Assembly (NCBI GenBank): GCA_051294905.1
Contig: CM119371.1
Location: 20,028,001 to 20,092,000, forward strand
DNA: 64,000 nucleotides
Direction of reading: 5' to 3'
DNA from: Botryllus schlosseri
Lineage: Eukaryota
The position numbers were made by a program, and so were the translations under genes. The notes beneath the pieces are model-generated. The model saw nothing but the letters and a program-made list of their open reading frames with translations, did not search any database and was not told the DNA's origin. Below, piece by piece: positions 52,226-64,000 of the stretch. Every line of letters begins with the position of its first letter. The first letter of the stretch is position 1.

Positions 52226-55200
52226 AGATGACGCATCGTGCCTCAGGAGACTGAGCTGACAATTCAAAGTGATATACTGACACGAAACTCACCAAGCGAG
52301 ATTTAATATTTTTACGAAATATCGCAACGCTACGAAATCAATCGTACAAAGCGAATACCGTTTCCAGGTATTTCATTTGATGCTGAATTCGAGATGGTTA
52401 ATTCACCGCCAACGACACGATAATCTCGGCTGTAGGACGTTTCGCAGGTATATTTTGGCTAATACTCGCTTGACTCAGCGTTCATACCGTGACTTTAAAA
52501 GGGAGCCATGAGAAAGACCACTCGAAAGGCACATATAGAGAAGGAGAACGGAAGTGTCAAAATGAGAGACTACCGCAATTATCGGACAATGTGACTGGAC
52601 ATTACTGTTACATACATTTAGGCAAGGAGAGATAAATACATTGCGAGACTCCGCATTGTCGTTTCAACATCCTCCTATATCCCTTCCTTTCATAACAATG
52701 TGTAATATGAACTGCAATCTTCATTGTGTGTACAGAGCAGATAAAATCAATATTGTATTACAATGCCTTTCGACATGTGGATGGGACGCACTTGCACGAA
52801 TAAAAAAATGTAGTGCGGATGGTAACCGTGGTGCGAGTGAGTGCGGATGAAAATAGAGTTTATGTCTACATTTTTGAAGCGCGATAAATCAAATATTCTT
52901 AACATGATATAAGGTACAATGACTCTCTAACTTATGTCAGTGCGAAGAATTTGTAAAAACCTTAATTTTGTGTCGCAATATAGTCGGAGTGAATTAATAT
53001 TGGCGAAATATTAATATCGAGTAATAAAATGTCGACATGCCTCGAAACCCATAACCATCCCAACACAAGAATCTCTAGTACAAAACCTCACAATCTAATA
53101 TTTGGCTCAAGTGCACTATAGTTGACGTAATAACGAGGAAAGGTGTTGTGTTCCAAATTATACACGTGATGACCTAATACAGGGCGCTTTGTAGCAAACA
53201 GTTGCGTGTAACTGGTTTTAACTTTTGGGAAATATTCAGCAAAAACTAAGTTTCATTGATAAACCGTTAGACTATATTTGTTGGACATTTTTATAAAGAA
53301 AGTGTTAACTCTCTTCCTTATATTTTTGTGTGATAACTTTCGGGTGGTTCATGCGTATGAAATTTTTGCGGTTGGTTCTCAAAAATGCTGAAAAGCACGG
53401 TTGTATTGTAGACATGTGTTATAACTACGGCGAGACCGATAAGACAGAACTAACACCACCACCGACAAACCCAGATATAAATAAATATATATTTTATCTG
53501 AAGGCGTATTTCTGAACTTGAGAACATATATTTGAGCATCTTCAGGTCATTTCATTGCTATAGTTGAAAATGAAATCTACTGTAGACTAGGGTTACCATA
53601 TTTTTGTAATCTCAATTCCGGACGCTCTTGAGCGCCCACTAGCGGATTTCAAAATGAGGTTGATCAATATGACGTCACACAGGCAAAGCTTTGTCTATCG
53701 ACTAGAGGTGGTAACGATCCGGTTCAGGTTGTGTGTTGTAAGTTGTGACCAGGGCTGAAGCTACATTTTTTCAGCCCCCTATCGCCCAAATAAACACTGA
53801 TCTTGAGCCCACCGTAGGGTAATCGATGCAACTTCTGGGGGCTTACTATATGCATCTGGTCGTTAAATGATTTAAATGAATTATGTCAATAATATTGATT
53901 CTTCCATATATTATTATATAATTTGATCCTCTCTCCACCTACGTGATCAGCGTTAGCGGAAGAGCTGGTGGAAAATGATGACTTCGAAAATACAAGGAGC
54001 GTAATTGTACATCGTTAGGTCATGACCAAACGGCCTGAACCGACTCTATGAATATACGGTTATCTTGTATAATTGCGATAACAACGAGACTTTATTTCTG
54101 TAACTGAATGTTATTTTTATTTATTTTTGAACGCAGTTTGCGAGGGCAGTAGTCCCCTTATTAAAACCAACTAAATCGATAATGCGAATTAGTTAATTGG
54201 CATTTCAAAAGGACGGGATTTCTAGTTATAAATGAGAAACTCTCTGGCTACGCACATGGGATTTTTATGCCGGCAACGTGCTGGTAATATCAGGTCGGGG
54301 CCTACGGTCTACGTAGGCCCCGATCAGTCGGTCGAATTTGATCGTAAAATGGTGCGCTTTTAATTATCCAAGTGTTATTGCAGTAAGAGCAATATGGGCG
54401 CATGCCGATACCTTATCAATAGAAATACATATCCAATAGGTTTGAAATTCGATCCGCGATATGGTTGCGCTTGATAGAATCCGCCCAGCAATGAAGTTTA
54501 TTGGGACATAGAAGGTTCCCGTTCACACTAATCGAATAAATTCATAATTTGCGCCACCGAGAATCTCGTGTTGCATCAATTTTGACAACGTAATTCAACG
54601 CCGTGCACTGCACAATGCGCAGTATTAATAACAAATCAAACGCGGACAAGTGACACCGAGGGAATACGAGTCTATAAGGCAGACAAGTAGCCTACAGATC
54701 ATAGCAAACGAGAAAGCGCGCGTCTAATCAGTAACTTGGGTACAGCACAATCGGGTTCCAAGTCTGACATCGCGACAATTGTTTGCTCATTATAACGACG
54801 TATGAGCTGCGTTGTTGCATTCCCCGATAAAAATTGGCATAGCCCTGTTAGAGTAATGAATATGCGCAATGCGCACTTTGCGCAGGAATGACTTTCAATT
54901 CGCCATCGTACACAAACACACTGTCCTATTTCGCGATCCAAGCCTCCAATTACAGAAACTATCACGTAATTAACTCAAGAATTCTTTTGCAAACGATTAT
55001 GGGCGCAAATAAAATTTAATTAGGAGTAAGGGGAACGTGAATTCGCTCGTCTGGTCGAGGAAGAAGACGGTGTTTCTCAGCCCATGCGTGTCGAAATCGA
55101 CGTCGTAAACGAGATTGCTTCGATTTTCTGATTACTAATCGCGGATTACAATTTATCGGGGCGTTTTAAGCACTATAGTTCGTCGTCGCCAACGAAGCTG

Positions 55201-56790
55201 CGTATTCAGTTATTCGCGCCCGTATCAGTTAATGGTAAATAATTTGTATTTACGCGATATCATGGACTCGCTAATTCACAGCGCTGAAGATTTGAAATCG
55301 CAGACGGCGGGCGTTTGATTTGTTGTATGGGGTGCGCCGCCCAGCCACTCCGTAACCCGGCGCCTATGAATGTGATACTAAACCGCGCAGAGCGCGAAGA
55401 AAAATTTCATGTGGCATAAATGTGCCCCAAAATAATATTATTTCTGTCGATTTAGGTAAAAATTATGAGCTTACTTCAAAATTCCGGACATTTAGGCATA
55501 TTTTAGAAATTCCTCCCGGACGCAGTTTTAACAGTGAAATTCCGGACATGTCCGGGAAATTCCGGACGTTAGGCAACCCTACTGTAGACTGCATCTGGAC
55601 ACCATGCAGTTTAAGATTACTGAGCGAACTTTTCATGCTCTGTACACGATTTCACCTTTTGATCAATAAAATTCTCTACGAGAATCTCAAACTATAACTC
55701 GAATAAGGATCAAATCTCGACACTCATGTTGCCCAATTCTGAACATAATCGTGAGATTATTTTTTTCCGATTGAGCAATATTAAAAATGTATCTTATATC
55801 ATTACGCGTCGACAATGTTACGTTCCCGGTAGAATGCATGTCAGCAGTCAAGGTCGTCTATGCGGCCACTATTTTGTATTTTGGCGTGGTATTGAGTTCT
55901 GAATTGAGCTCTTCCTGACTTCAACGGTCTAGAGCCGATAAAGTCAGAAGTGAAATAAGTTCTGTGTAGAAGCAGTATATTCTAGGTTCCAGTAGAAATC
56001 AAACTAATCAATGCCACTAGAAAGATACCAATGCAAATGACTCGACAGTTTCATTCTAGTACAACAATCAGCGCAAATCACTCCAACCGAAATAATTTAC
56101 TTTAATCCTCAGCCTATGCCGCTAATAATATTACTAATCATTCATAGGAAATGATGTAGTGGATTAATGAGTCAACCATGCTAAATTAAGGTGAATGTAA
56201 TTACCACGGATCAGCGCCTTGCGAAATTCCCACACCGCAATCCTCATCGAATATTACTCGCATTTTATGTATACGTTCAAGTGGTAGTATCAGTACGAAG
56301 CTGGTTTTATAAACAACGCGGTCGAAATGTAATTACACATTTGCTGATCGTGTTATCATCGCGCTTGTACCGGCATTTCTTTCGAAGTTGGTTGGGAGAA
56401 AATCATTTTCGACAGTTCTCATTTCCATTCGGAAGTAATGGTGAGAAGGCGTGACGAGAGCGCAAATTTCAAATTCATTCAATATATACAGAATACAGCA
56501 CAGCAATCATTGGAGATAAGTTGGGTTCATTACCTGATCAGCTAATAGAATGCCGCCGATACTTGATGATGAACAGAACGGTCAAGCACTGGCGAACTTT
56601 CAGTTTGCTTTATCGGAAGATATTGTGGTACGAGTATGCGTTATGTAGATGTGGTGGTCAGGTCATACAACTTACTGGTTATGGTTAAGTAGCTCTCCGA
56701 TGCCATGTATGTAACTACCCGCATTTTATTTATTGGTAGTTGGTTACTGGTTAGTTTACTGTTCAACCCAGTGATCTACCTTGTAACCAA
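52226..56790 (+). repeat. Old dispersed repeat or duplication, copy 2 (interrupted by 53588-55581)
   Basis: Same-orientation diverged match to 24-2640. A more diverged partial third copy lies at about 47960-48470. Confidence 0.85.
53588..55581. mobile_element. TCCGGA-family hAT element
   Basis: TAGGGTTACC / GGCAACCCTA. Perfect TSD CTGTAGAC. An empty site exists in the paralogous sequence near 1400. Confidence 0.9.
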
Positions 56791-57309
56791 TAACTATTAT
56801 TTTTGATGTAGGGTTGTGTTGCAAACATGTTTTTATTGTTTTTTTCTAAGCCATGACGTCATAGGGTAAATACAGCTCCTTTGACGAAATAAGATTCCAA
56901 CCTCTATCAGACCAAAAATATCTTTCATCAGGACTACTCAGTCTTGCAGCATTTTTACGGTCGGCGGTCATCATCATCAAAACATTCATTCCGTACCAAC
57001 GATCTATATCTACGTACGGTAGATGTTGAACCGACTATTTCGCGGGTTCCAACCACGCCATATCGCATACGTCGGCTATATCGAGTGGTAATCGTCATCT
57101 TTAGGCTCATGCAACATGTCTCTGGAAAGAATTTACTAAATTATGGCAGAATTATACAACATAAAAAACACAATTTGATTTTTTCAAAAAGGCCTTTGTT
57201 TAAAACACTGTTTAAAACATGTTTTAGATAAAGTGTTTTAAACAACTGTTTGTTTTGAATGCAACCCTTAAAACTGGTCTACAAATTTCGAAAAAATATA
57301 CGCGTCAAA

Positions 57310-57872
57310 AGTTTTAACGATTGAGTTATGCTAATTCAATGTTGTTGAATTCTGTGCTCAGAATTTCTCTATCACGTCAGATTTTTTCCGTATGGATTTT
57401 TTTTTCATTTTTATAATGCTATCAAATTTTGGCTTTCGTTAGTGACATCACGGTTAGCATACAACAGCAACAGATCAAAGATTGTTATTGAAATCATCCA
57501 TCATGAAAACTGGATTGTTGTAGTACAGAATGATTGAGTTCTCGGTGCACTTGAATAAAGTGATTCTCTATTTTCGTTCGATCAGAAGCTCTTTTCGTCC
57601 CAAAAAATTACACTAGTCAACAAATTTAAAAACACTTTTGTCCCCAAAATTTTAATGATTTATAGACGCTAATATTTGGTTACTGAATCCGATACTGTGC
57701 TCAGAAATGCTCTGTCCCGTGAGCGTACAACAGCAACTGATCAGATATTGTTATTGAAATCATCTGTGATGATGAAACCTAGGTTGTTGTAGAACAGAGT
57801 AACTGAGCTTTCGGTGAACTTGAATCCAGTGGTTTCCTATCTTCTTTCAATCAGGACCTCTTTTCGACCCAT
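57310..57872 (+). repeat. Diverged tandem duplication of a unit of about 230-300 bp
   Basis: CTGTGCTCAGAA...ACAACAGCAAC..GATC..ATTGTTATTGAAATCATC...CTCTTTTCG.CCC occurs twice. Confidence 0.7.
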
Positions 57873-58935
57873 AAATTTATATGTGGATGCAACTATTTTT
57901 AGTCGTTAGCAGTTACCAGCATTATCTAACCCCCTTCGTTTAAAGATTGTGATTATTAGCTTTGTACTTAATTTAGTACCATACATAATCTATCTTTATA
58001 CATCTGTCCTGCACACTTAATCTGTCAATGCATTTTGTGACAGCATACTCCTCTTTCATAAAACGTAAAAGTTTGCTAACAACAAACATTGTATTGTTGG
58101 TATATTATATAGAAGAGAATTGTTCACTCTGGTACATGACCGATATGTGTGGCCCTTTAAGGGCTTTTGAAACATTAAAAGAAACAGGATGTCTCCTTTT
58201 CCAAAGAAAAAGAGCTTATCATGCTAACTTAAAACAAATTATCATCATTAATCCCTATCTATACTTATCACACTAATTCTTCTTCTAGAGCAGAGGTCTT
58301 CAACTCAAATGTGCTCGCGGGCCAATTTTCTGGTATTCGATGACGTGGCCGGCAGCAGCACTAATATTAGGGGTATTAAATGTATTTCCGAGTAGGCCTT
58401 ATTTGACGGGACCTTGCAGACTGGCATTCCACATACATCGTGAAAACTTGATTTACAATTGTGAATTCACGCCTGGCACGTGAAAAACACATTTTTAAAT
58501 ATTTGAATAAACATGTTGTACTTGGTATAGTTTGTCAAAATAAATATAGTTATAGACATCATGCGATCATACAAATGCATCTTGACATCGTACGAGCCTA
58601 TAATTTTGCAGCTAGCGGACATTTGACGTGTCACAATTATAGGTAGAATATCTTAGAATTTAACAAAGATTGATCTGATATCAGAGCATTAGAGCAGCAC
58701 AGCCTAGTCCAGGGTTTCGGGCATACTCCTGATAACTAGGCTATTGATCATGTCATTACCAAAGTCTAATTTAAAAAGTAACCCAACCGTTAACATCGCT
58801 GGTCAGCCCGTTTTCAACACAGATAATGCAAATATCTCGGGGTTTTATTGGACTCGGACATGTCCTGGAAGAGTCATATTCAGTCCCTAGACACTAAATT
58901 ATCACCGTAGTGCGGCCTGTTCTGCAGCCTTGGAC

Positions 58936-60061
58936 TAGGGTTGCCATACGTCCGGAATTTCCCGGACATGTCCGGAATTTCATTGTAAAAACTGCGTCCG
59001 GGAGGAATTTCTAAAATATTCCTAAATGTCCGGAATTTTGAAGGCTTGAAGTAATGCTCATAATATTTTCATAAATCAACATAAACAAGATTATTTTTGG
59101 GAAGATATATGCTACATGAAATTTTTCTCCGCGCTCCGCGCGATTCAGCATCATATATATTGGTTTTAATAGGGGGACTATCACCCTCGCAAAAACGGCG
59201 ATCAGAAATAAATAAAAAATACCATTCATTTACAAAAATAAGTGTGATTGCAATCATGTAATGGAAATTACAAGATAACGGAAAATTCATAGAGGCGGTG
59301 TAGGACAGGCCGTTTGGATGATATATTCAAAGATGGTGGTTCTAGACCTGAGGGGGATTGCCTTTTATCTAGGATTCGCGAAGATGTCCAATATAGGCCG
59401 TGAGTGAGTCTGGGCAAATGTACCTACCTTTAATTAGTAATCAGCTCATTTTAGCTGGGCCACGGCACATTTTCAAATTGGAAATGGAGTCGCGACCAAA
59501 AAAAGGTTGGAAACCACCGGATGTGCGGTGTTTATATAGCTCAGTGGTGCAGTGCGCACCGGCATTAGGCTGATAAATAATTTCATCGGCGTGACATGAA
59601 CATGACTTGACGATGTACAATTACGCTCCTAGCATTTTCGAAGTCCTCGTCCTCCACCAGCTTTACCCCGCTAACTCTGATCACGTGGGCGGAGAGACGA
59701 TCAAAATCATACAGTAATATATGGAAGAACCAATAATATTGACACAATTCATTCAAATCATTTAAAGACCAGATGCATATAGTAAGCCCCCAGAAGTTGC
59801 ATCGAATACCCTACGGCGGGCCCAAGATCAGTGTTTATTTCTGCAGGAGGGGGCTGAAAAATGTGGCTTCGGCACTGGTTACCACTTACAATACACAGCC
59901 ACGTACTCCTGAACCGGATCGTGACCACCTCTAGTCATTAGACAAAGCGTTTCTGGTGTGACGTCATATTGATCGACAATGATCTCACACCTCATTTTGA
60001 AATCCGCTAGTGGGCGCTGAAAAGCGTCCGGAATTTGTAAAACAAAAATATGGCAACCCTA
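58936..60061. mobile_element. TCCGGA-family hAT MITE, inverted relative to 53588-55581, inside the LINE remnant
   Basis: TAGGGTTGCCATA / TATGGCAACCCTA. TSD CCTTGGAC/CCTGGGAC. Confidence 0.88.
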
Positions 60062-60332
60062 CCTGGGACGCGTCTTCTAATACTCTTTAAATCCTTAATC
60101 TAATCGAAGTTAAAATATGGCATCCTCTGTTGGGAGGCAGCCAGTAAAACTGCACTCGAGCCACTGCAAAAACTACAGCATAAAGTACTCCGTATCATAG
60201 CTATAGGGCCCCACAGGGGCCTGGCTGTCCATCCAAAATGTCGCTGCTGAAGAGATTCGGTGTCCTAAACATAGATGATATGCCGAAACAAGAAATCGCC
60301 AAGTTTATGTATCAGTTACACTGCGGTCGTTG

Positions 60333-61277
60333 CAGTGTTGGGATGACTCGAGTCATGACTTGACTCGAGTCAGACTCGAGTCACTTTTTCGTATGACTTG
60401 ACTTGACTCGAGTCACTTTGCAAAAATGACCTGACCTGACTTGACTTGACTCGGTGCTTCAAAAATGCGGATTGACTCGTGACTCGGAGCAAAATTTACG
60501 AGTCAATTTCAAGTCATCAAGTAAACGATATCAATCAAATCAGTGTATTTTGTGCATATGTTCGTATTGTTCGCGATACGCTTGTGTCACTTGTGAGAGT
60601 AACCAGGCATTCACTGAATGCACGTTTGAATGATCCTCCATTATTGCATCACAAATATATTGACCACAAACGAATTGATCACAGGTTACATTGTCGTAGT
60701 AGTAGTAGTAGAAGAAGAAGAAGAAAAATGCAATAGCAATTAACGTATCTATGTTTCTTGGACAGCTCAGTGCTAACATTGCGCAGTGATCACCTTTATC
60801 AACCCTCTTATATGATTCAAATCCATAGCAATTTGTTACAACTTCTCGAGGCTTCGTATTCGATCCTATTGGTTGATATAATAACAGACTGCTGCATAGT
60901 TATACAGTTAGTCGCGTATTTTATTTGCGGTTCTACGTGTGCGTGATAGACGCCTTCTTGCATGCCCATTAAACTTTATATAAGTAATTTGAAGCAAGAT
61001 AAATGGCAAATTATTCTGTCTTTCACACAGCTAGCAAAATGTAATGACTTTGAATCGTCGCTGATACTTCGAAAATTCAATTTGACTTGAATTGTGACTT
61101 GACTCGTGACTCGACTTGACTTGACTTGACTTGACTCGAGTCACATCCAAAAAACGAGTGACTTGACTTGACTCGAGTCATCTTCGAAAATCGGTTGACT
61201 TGACTTGACTCGAGTCAAAATGGGCAATGACTCGAGATGACTCGTGACTCGAAGGTAGTGACTTGATTTCAACACTG
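60333..61277. mobile_element. hAT-like MITE (GACTT/GACTCGAGTC repeats) inside the LINE remnant
   Basis: CAGTGTTG / CAACACTG. Perfect TSD GGTCGTTG. Confidence 0.88.
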
Positions 61278-62127
61278 GGTCGTTGTCCCGAATATTTCAA
61301 TGACTTTTTTACCTCGGAATCAAAAGCGCACAAGTACAACACACGCACGTCCACGTCGTCCAAATATCATATGATCGACCGAAAAGATCATCGCTCCATC
61401 GACTGACCTATCGATCTCGCATTCCATGACATGCCATCCCATTTGTTGCTACTTGCTTTTTCTATACTATCTTCTTTACTTTTCATTCAGTATGCATGGC
61501 TGCATGCCTCCTTGTTACATTGCCTAGACCAAGGTGGGTGTCTAATTCAATAGACTACTCCAAGTCGCTTCGACACCTTCCTATCTTTTGATTGTATCGC
61601 ATGTTTGTGGTGTATTGAACTGATAAAATTGCTAATAAACCAATGATGATGATGATGATGAAACATGTATGGCTCTATGGGAGCTACAATTGATAATACT
61701 GGGTCAACATGACTCTTCGCTAAGAAAGGTTCCCGAACCCTGCTTTACATAATCATACTCGTGGAAACCGCCACGATAACTCAGAAATTTTGAATTGGTA
61801 CTTCCTGCCAGATGCTCATAAATAGCATAATGTACATAATTGCAGGGGCGTAGCCAGGGGGTTGAGTTCGAAAAGTAGTTGAGTCTGATTAGTATTTAAC
61901 ACCTCCATAACGTTGCAGCCTTGCTCATTCTCATTTCTAATAGGCCATGGCCCCCGAACCTGTGGACGTACGGCCGCATAGACCAGTAAAAACGTATTAT
62001 AACTATACGGCCGTTCACACATATTTATATTAACGTGTGTTGGCGGCAATCAATTCGACTTGAAAGTGCCTCACTGTTATGTTCGTGCATTTTACGTTGG
62101 TATCGTTTGTCTCTCATTTGTCTAGGA

Positions 62128-62580
62128 CAGTGGTTGCCAACCTGTGGTACGCGTACCACTGGTCGTACGCTAAGGTCTTCACGGTGGTACGCGAGTAGAT
62201 TCTGATTTCTTTCGACCGAAGGGAGTTATTAGTTCAGTTGGGGTTGATTTTGAGTTTTTTGAAGCCACGATCGTGGTGGGCAGGCGTAATCCCACCAATG
62301 GCGGCCTGCGGGGAAGAGATCTAGTCGTGAAGAATTGGGATTCTTACCTAACCAAATTACGTTTTAATATATTTGACCGCAATAATTCCAAATAAAACCA
62401 CTACAGAAATCATATACTGTGCCTAAAAACGGGCAGTTTATGTTCCGTTTCGCTGACTTTGGCAGCTCAACATCATGGAAACATTTTGACCGCCTTCGGC
62501 GCGCGTAACTTGTGTAGGTGGTACGCGAACACTGCATAAAACCTCGAAAGGGTACGTGGGTGGAAAAAGGTTGGGAAGTG
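62128..62580. mobile_element. Charlie-like MITE (GTGGTACGCG repeats)
   Basis: Left end CAGTGGTTGCCAACCTGTGGTACGCG, decayed right end AAAGGTTGGGAA. Confidence 0.6.
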
Positions 62581-63229
62581 GAAGGTTGAAGGTGGAATGT
62601 TGGCTTCTGTTGTCTACGGGTCATTTTCGGTTAACTCAGTGGTTATTAACGTTTTTCTCTCCAGCGCCTCCTTTCAATAATCATCGTTTTTCAGCGCCCC
62701 CACCCCATACTGCAAGGACTGTGATAAAGACAATGATTTAGAGGGAGAACCGTCACAGCACTTCGTCAGCCCCCTAAAAAACGACTGTCTTGCGCACCCA
62801 TAGCGTGATAAACCAAACCTCGTGAGGGCTTCGCCCCCGAAAACCCTTTGGCATGATTTCGATGGTCAGCAAAGTTTGTGTGGCCTGGTCGCCCTAGGTG
62901 CCAACATTTTTAATAATGCATGAATGGATAGCTGGTAATTGCATATATATGTCGCTATAAACTTTTTATCCTCTTATCCAACGTAATCAGATTTACCAGT
63001 AGCGCCGAGTGAACTGTTCTGTAGGAAAATGAAGGTCACGTAATCAATAATTGAACATATTCAGGCGTGCCCGCTGGTACATTTAATTCGTTACATGTTG
63101 TTATTTTGTTACCTGTTGTCCGCTTAATAGTCAAAACATATTGAAACGCATAAACGCACACGATTCCAAATTAGTATTTCTTCACTGGCAAATAATTTCC
63201 TCTGATGGATGTTATTTGCCCAGTGGGGT

Positions 63230-63545
63230 GCAGATTGCGACGACATGTTAATTCGGCACGAGCGATTTAAGCACCTATGGACAATGGACTTATATACATC
63301 GTAGTTTACGGTCAACATATGGGCAATCCTCTTCGGCTGAGGTTTTCTCGCTGACGATCTTTTTGACACACTTCTCGGAGTCCCATATTGATTCGTGCAT
63401 CGTGGCGTGGTAATGGCCGACGCCGAAATGCCAATTTCTATTTTGTATATTTATGCGTATTCTTCCCTGGGGAGTCGTCAAAACATGATGTGTCATTTAT
63501 GCTCATTCACCGAAATAATTTAGGGCACCCTTCGAGCTCACCGAT
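63230..63545 (-). repeat. Inverted copy of the repeat at about 29780-30068 + 31144-31200, without the piggyBac-like insertion
   Basis: The reverse complement reads ...GTGCTTAAATCGCTCGTGCC..., the empty TTAA site. Confidence 0.8.
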
Positions 63546-64000
63546 TGGGGGTTTGGGTTGCAGCAGTTTCGGTCCTGGTATAAGGTCTTCGCGGGACTTT
63601 GGTATTGGAAATATTTCGCGCTTTAACCGAATGGCAACGGCTGCAATTTTCGAAAAATTTTACTTCAATTATCAAAATCGAAAAACTGTGCCTTAATGGG
63701 ATTGGAGCCCGGTAAACAAGGTAGCGTTCGATTCAGAATTTCAACGCGGATCCGATTGCGCCACTCAAATCATTTCGAGCTCTGTGTCTGGCCACTTATA
63801 TCAAGAGCAAGCCGTGAAAACGTTGGTTGGAAACAGAAATGCTAAATTGCGGACCTTATGAACCTTAGTATAGGTATTCGACGACCATACAGTCTGGTGT
63901 ATTGTATATGCTCAAAATTCATCGTTCTAGACTCTAGAGAGCCCTGAGTCGACGGTCTACGTCTAGCAGGCGCTAATTTCTAATCAAAACAATGCCGACC

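Larger units (their letters stand above)
58780..61660 (+). mobile_element. 3' remnant of a CR1/L2-group LINE, split by two MITEs
   Basis: Frames give YLGVLLDSDMSWKSHIQSL, YGILCWEAASKTALEPLQKLQHKVLRII, KFMYQLH and YFNDFF...HKYNTR, typical of the post-RT region. Ends with AATAAA and a (GAT)n tail at about 61634-61660. Confidence 0.75.

Overview
Eukaryotic (animal) genomic DNA, AT-rich, with spliceosomal GT-AG introns. The repeat landscape suggests an invertebrate, possibly a tunicate, but that is unverified inference. Almost all ORF-track entries are chance ORFs. Two small spliced genes can be assembled by hand with phase-consistent junctions. (1) A 4-exon + strand secreted C-type lectin-domain protein (12340-28464, 191 aa) with a signal peptide, a Thr-rich linker and no canonical Ca2+/sugar motifs. 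(2) A - strand secreted IGFBP N-terminal (IB, CRIM1-like) domain protein (49906-46410, about 113 aa if a short third exon is used). Much of the remainder is transposon-derived: many non-autonomous hAT-type elements with 8-bp TSDs (including a 4-level nest filling lectin intron 3), a TTAA piggyBac-like element, a decayed Utopia/NeSL-like zinc-finger + RT non-LTR retrotransposon whose 5' ORF is split by a MITE, a CR1/L2-group LINE 3' remnant split by two MITEs, a CCA-bearing 3' half of tRNA-Leu, and an old unclassified repeat in three copies. I see no convincing evidence of a new multi-gene system. The best leads are the two atypical secreted Cys-rich proteins and the TE architecture.
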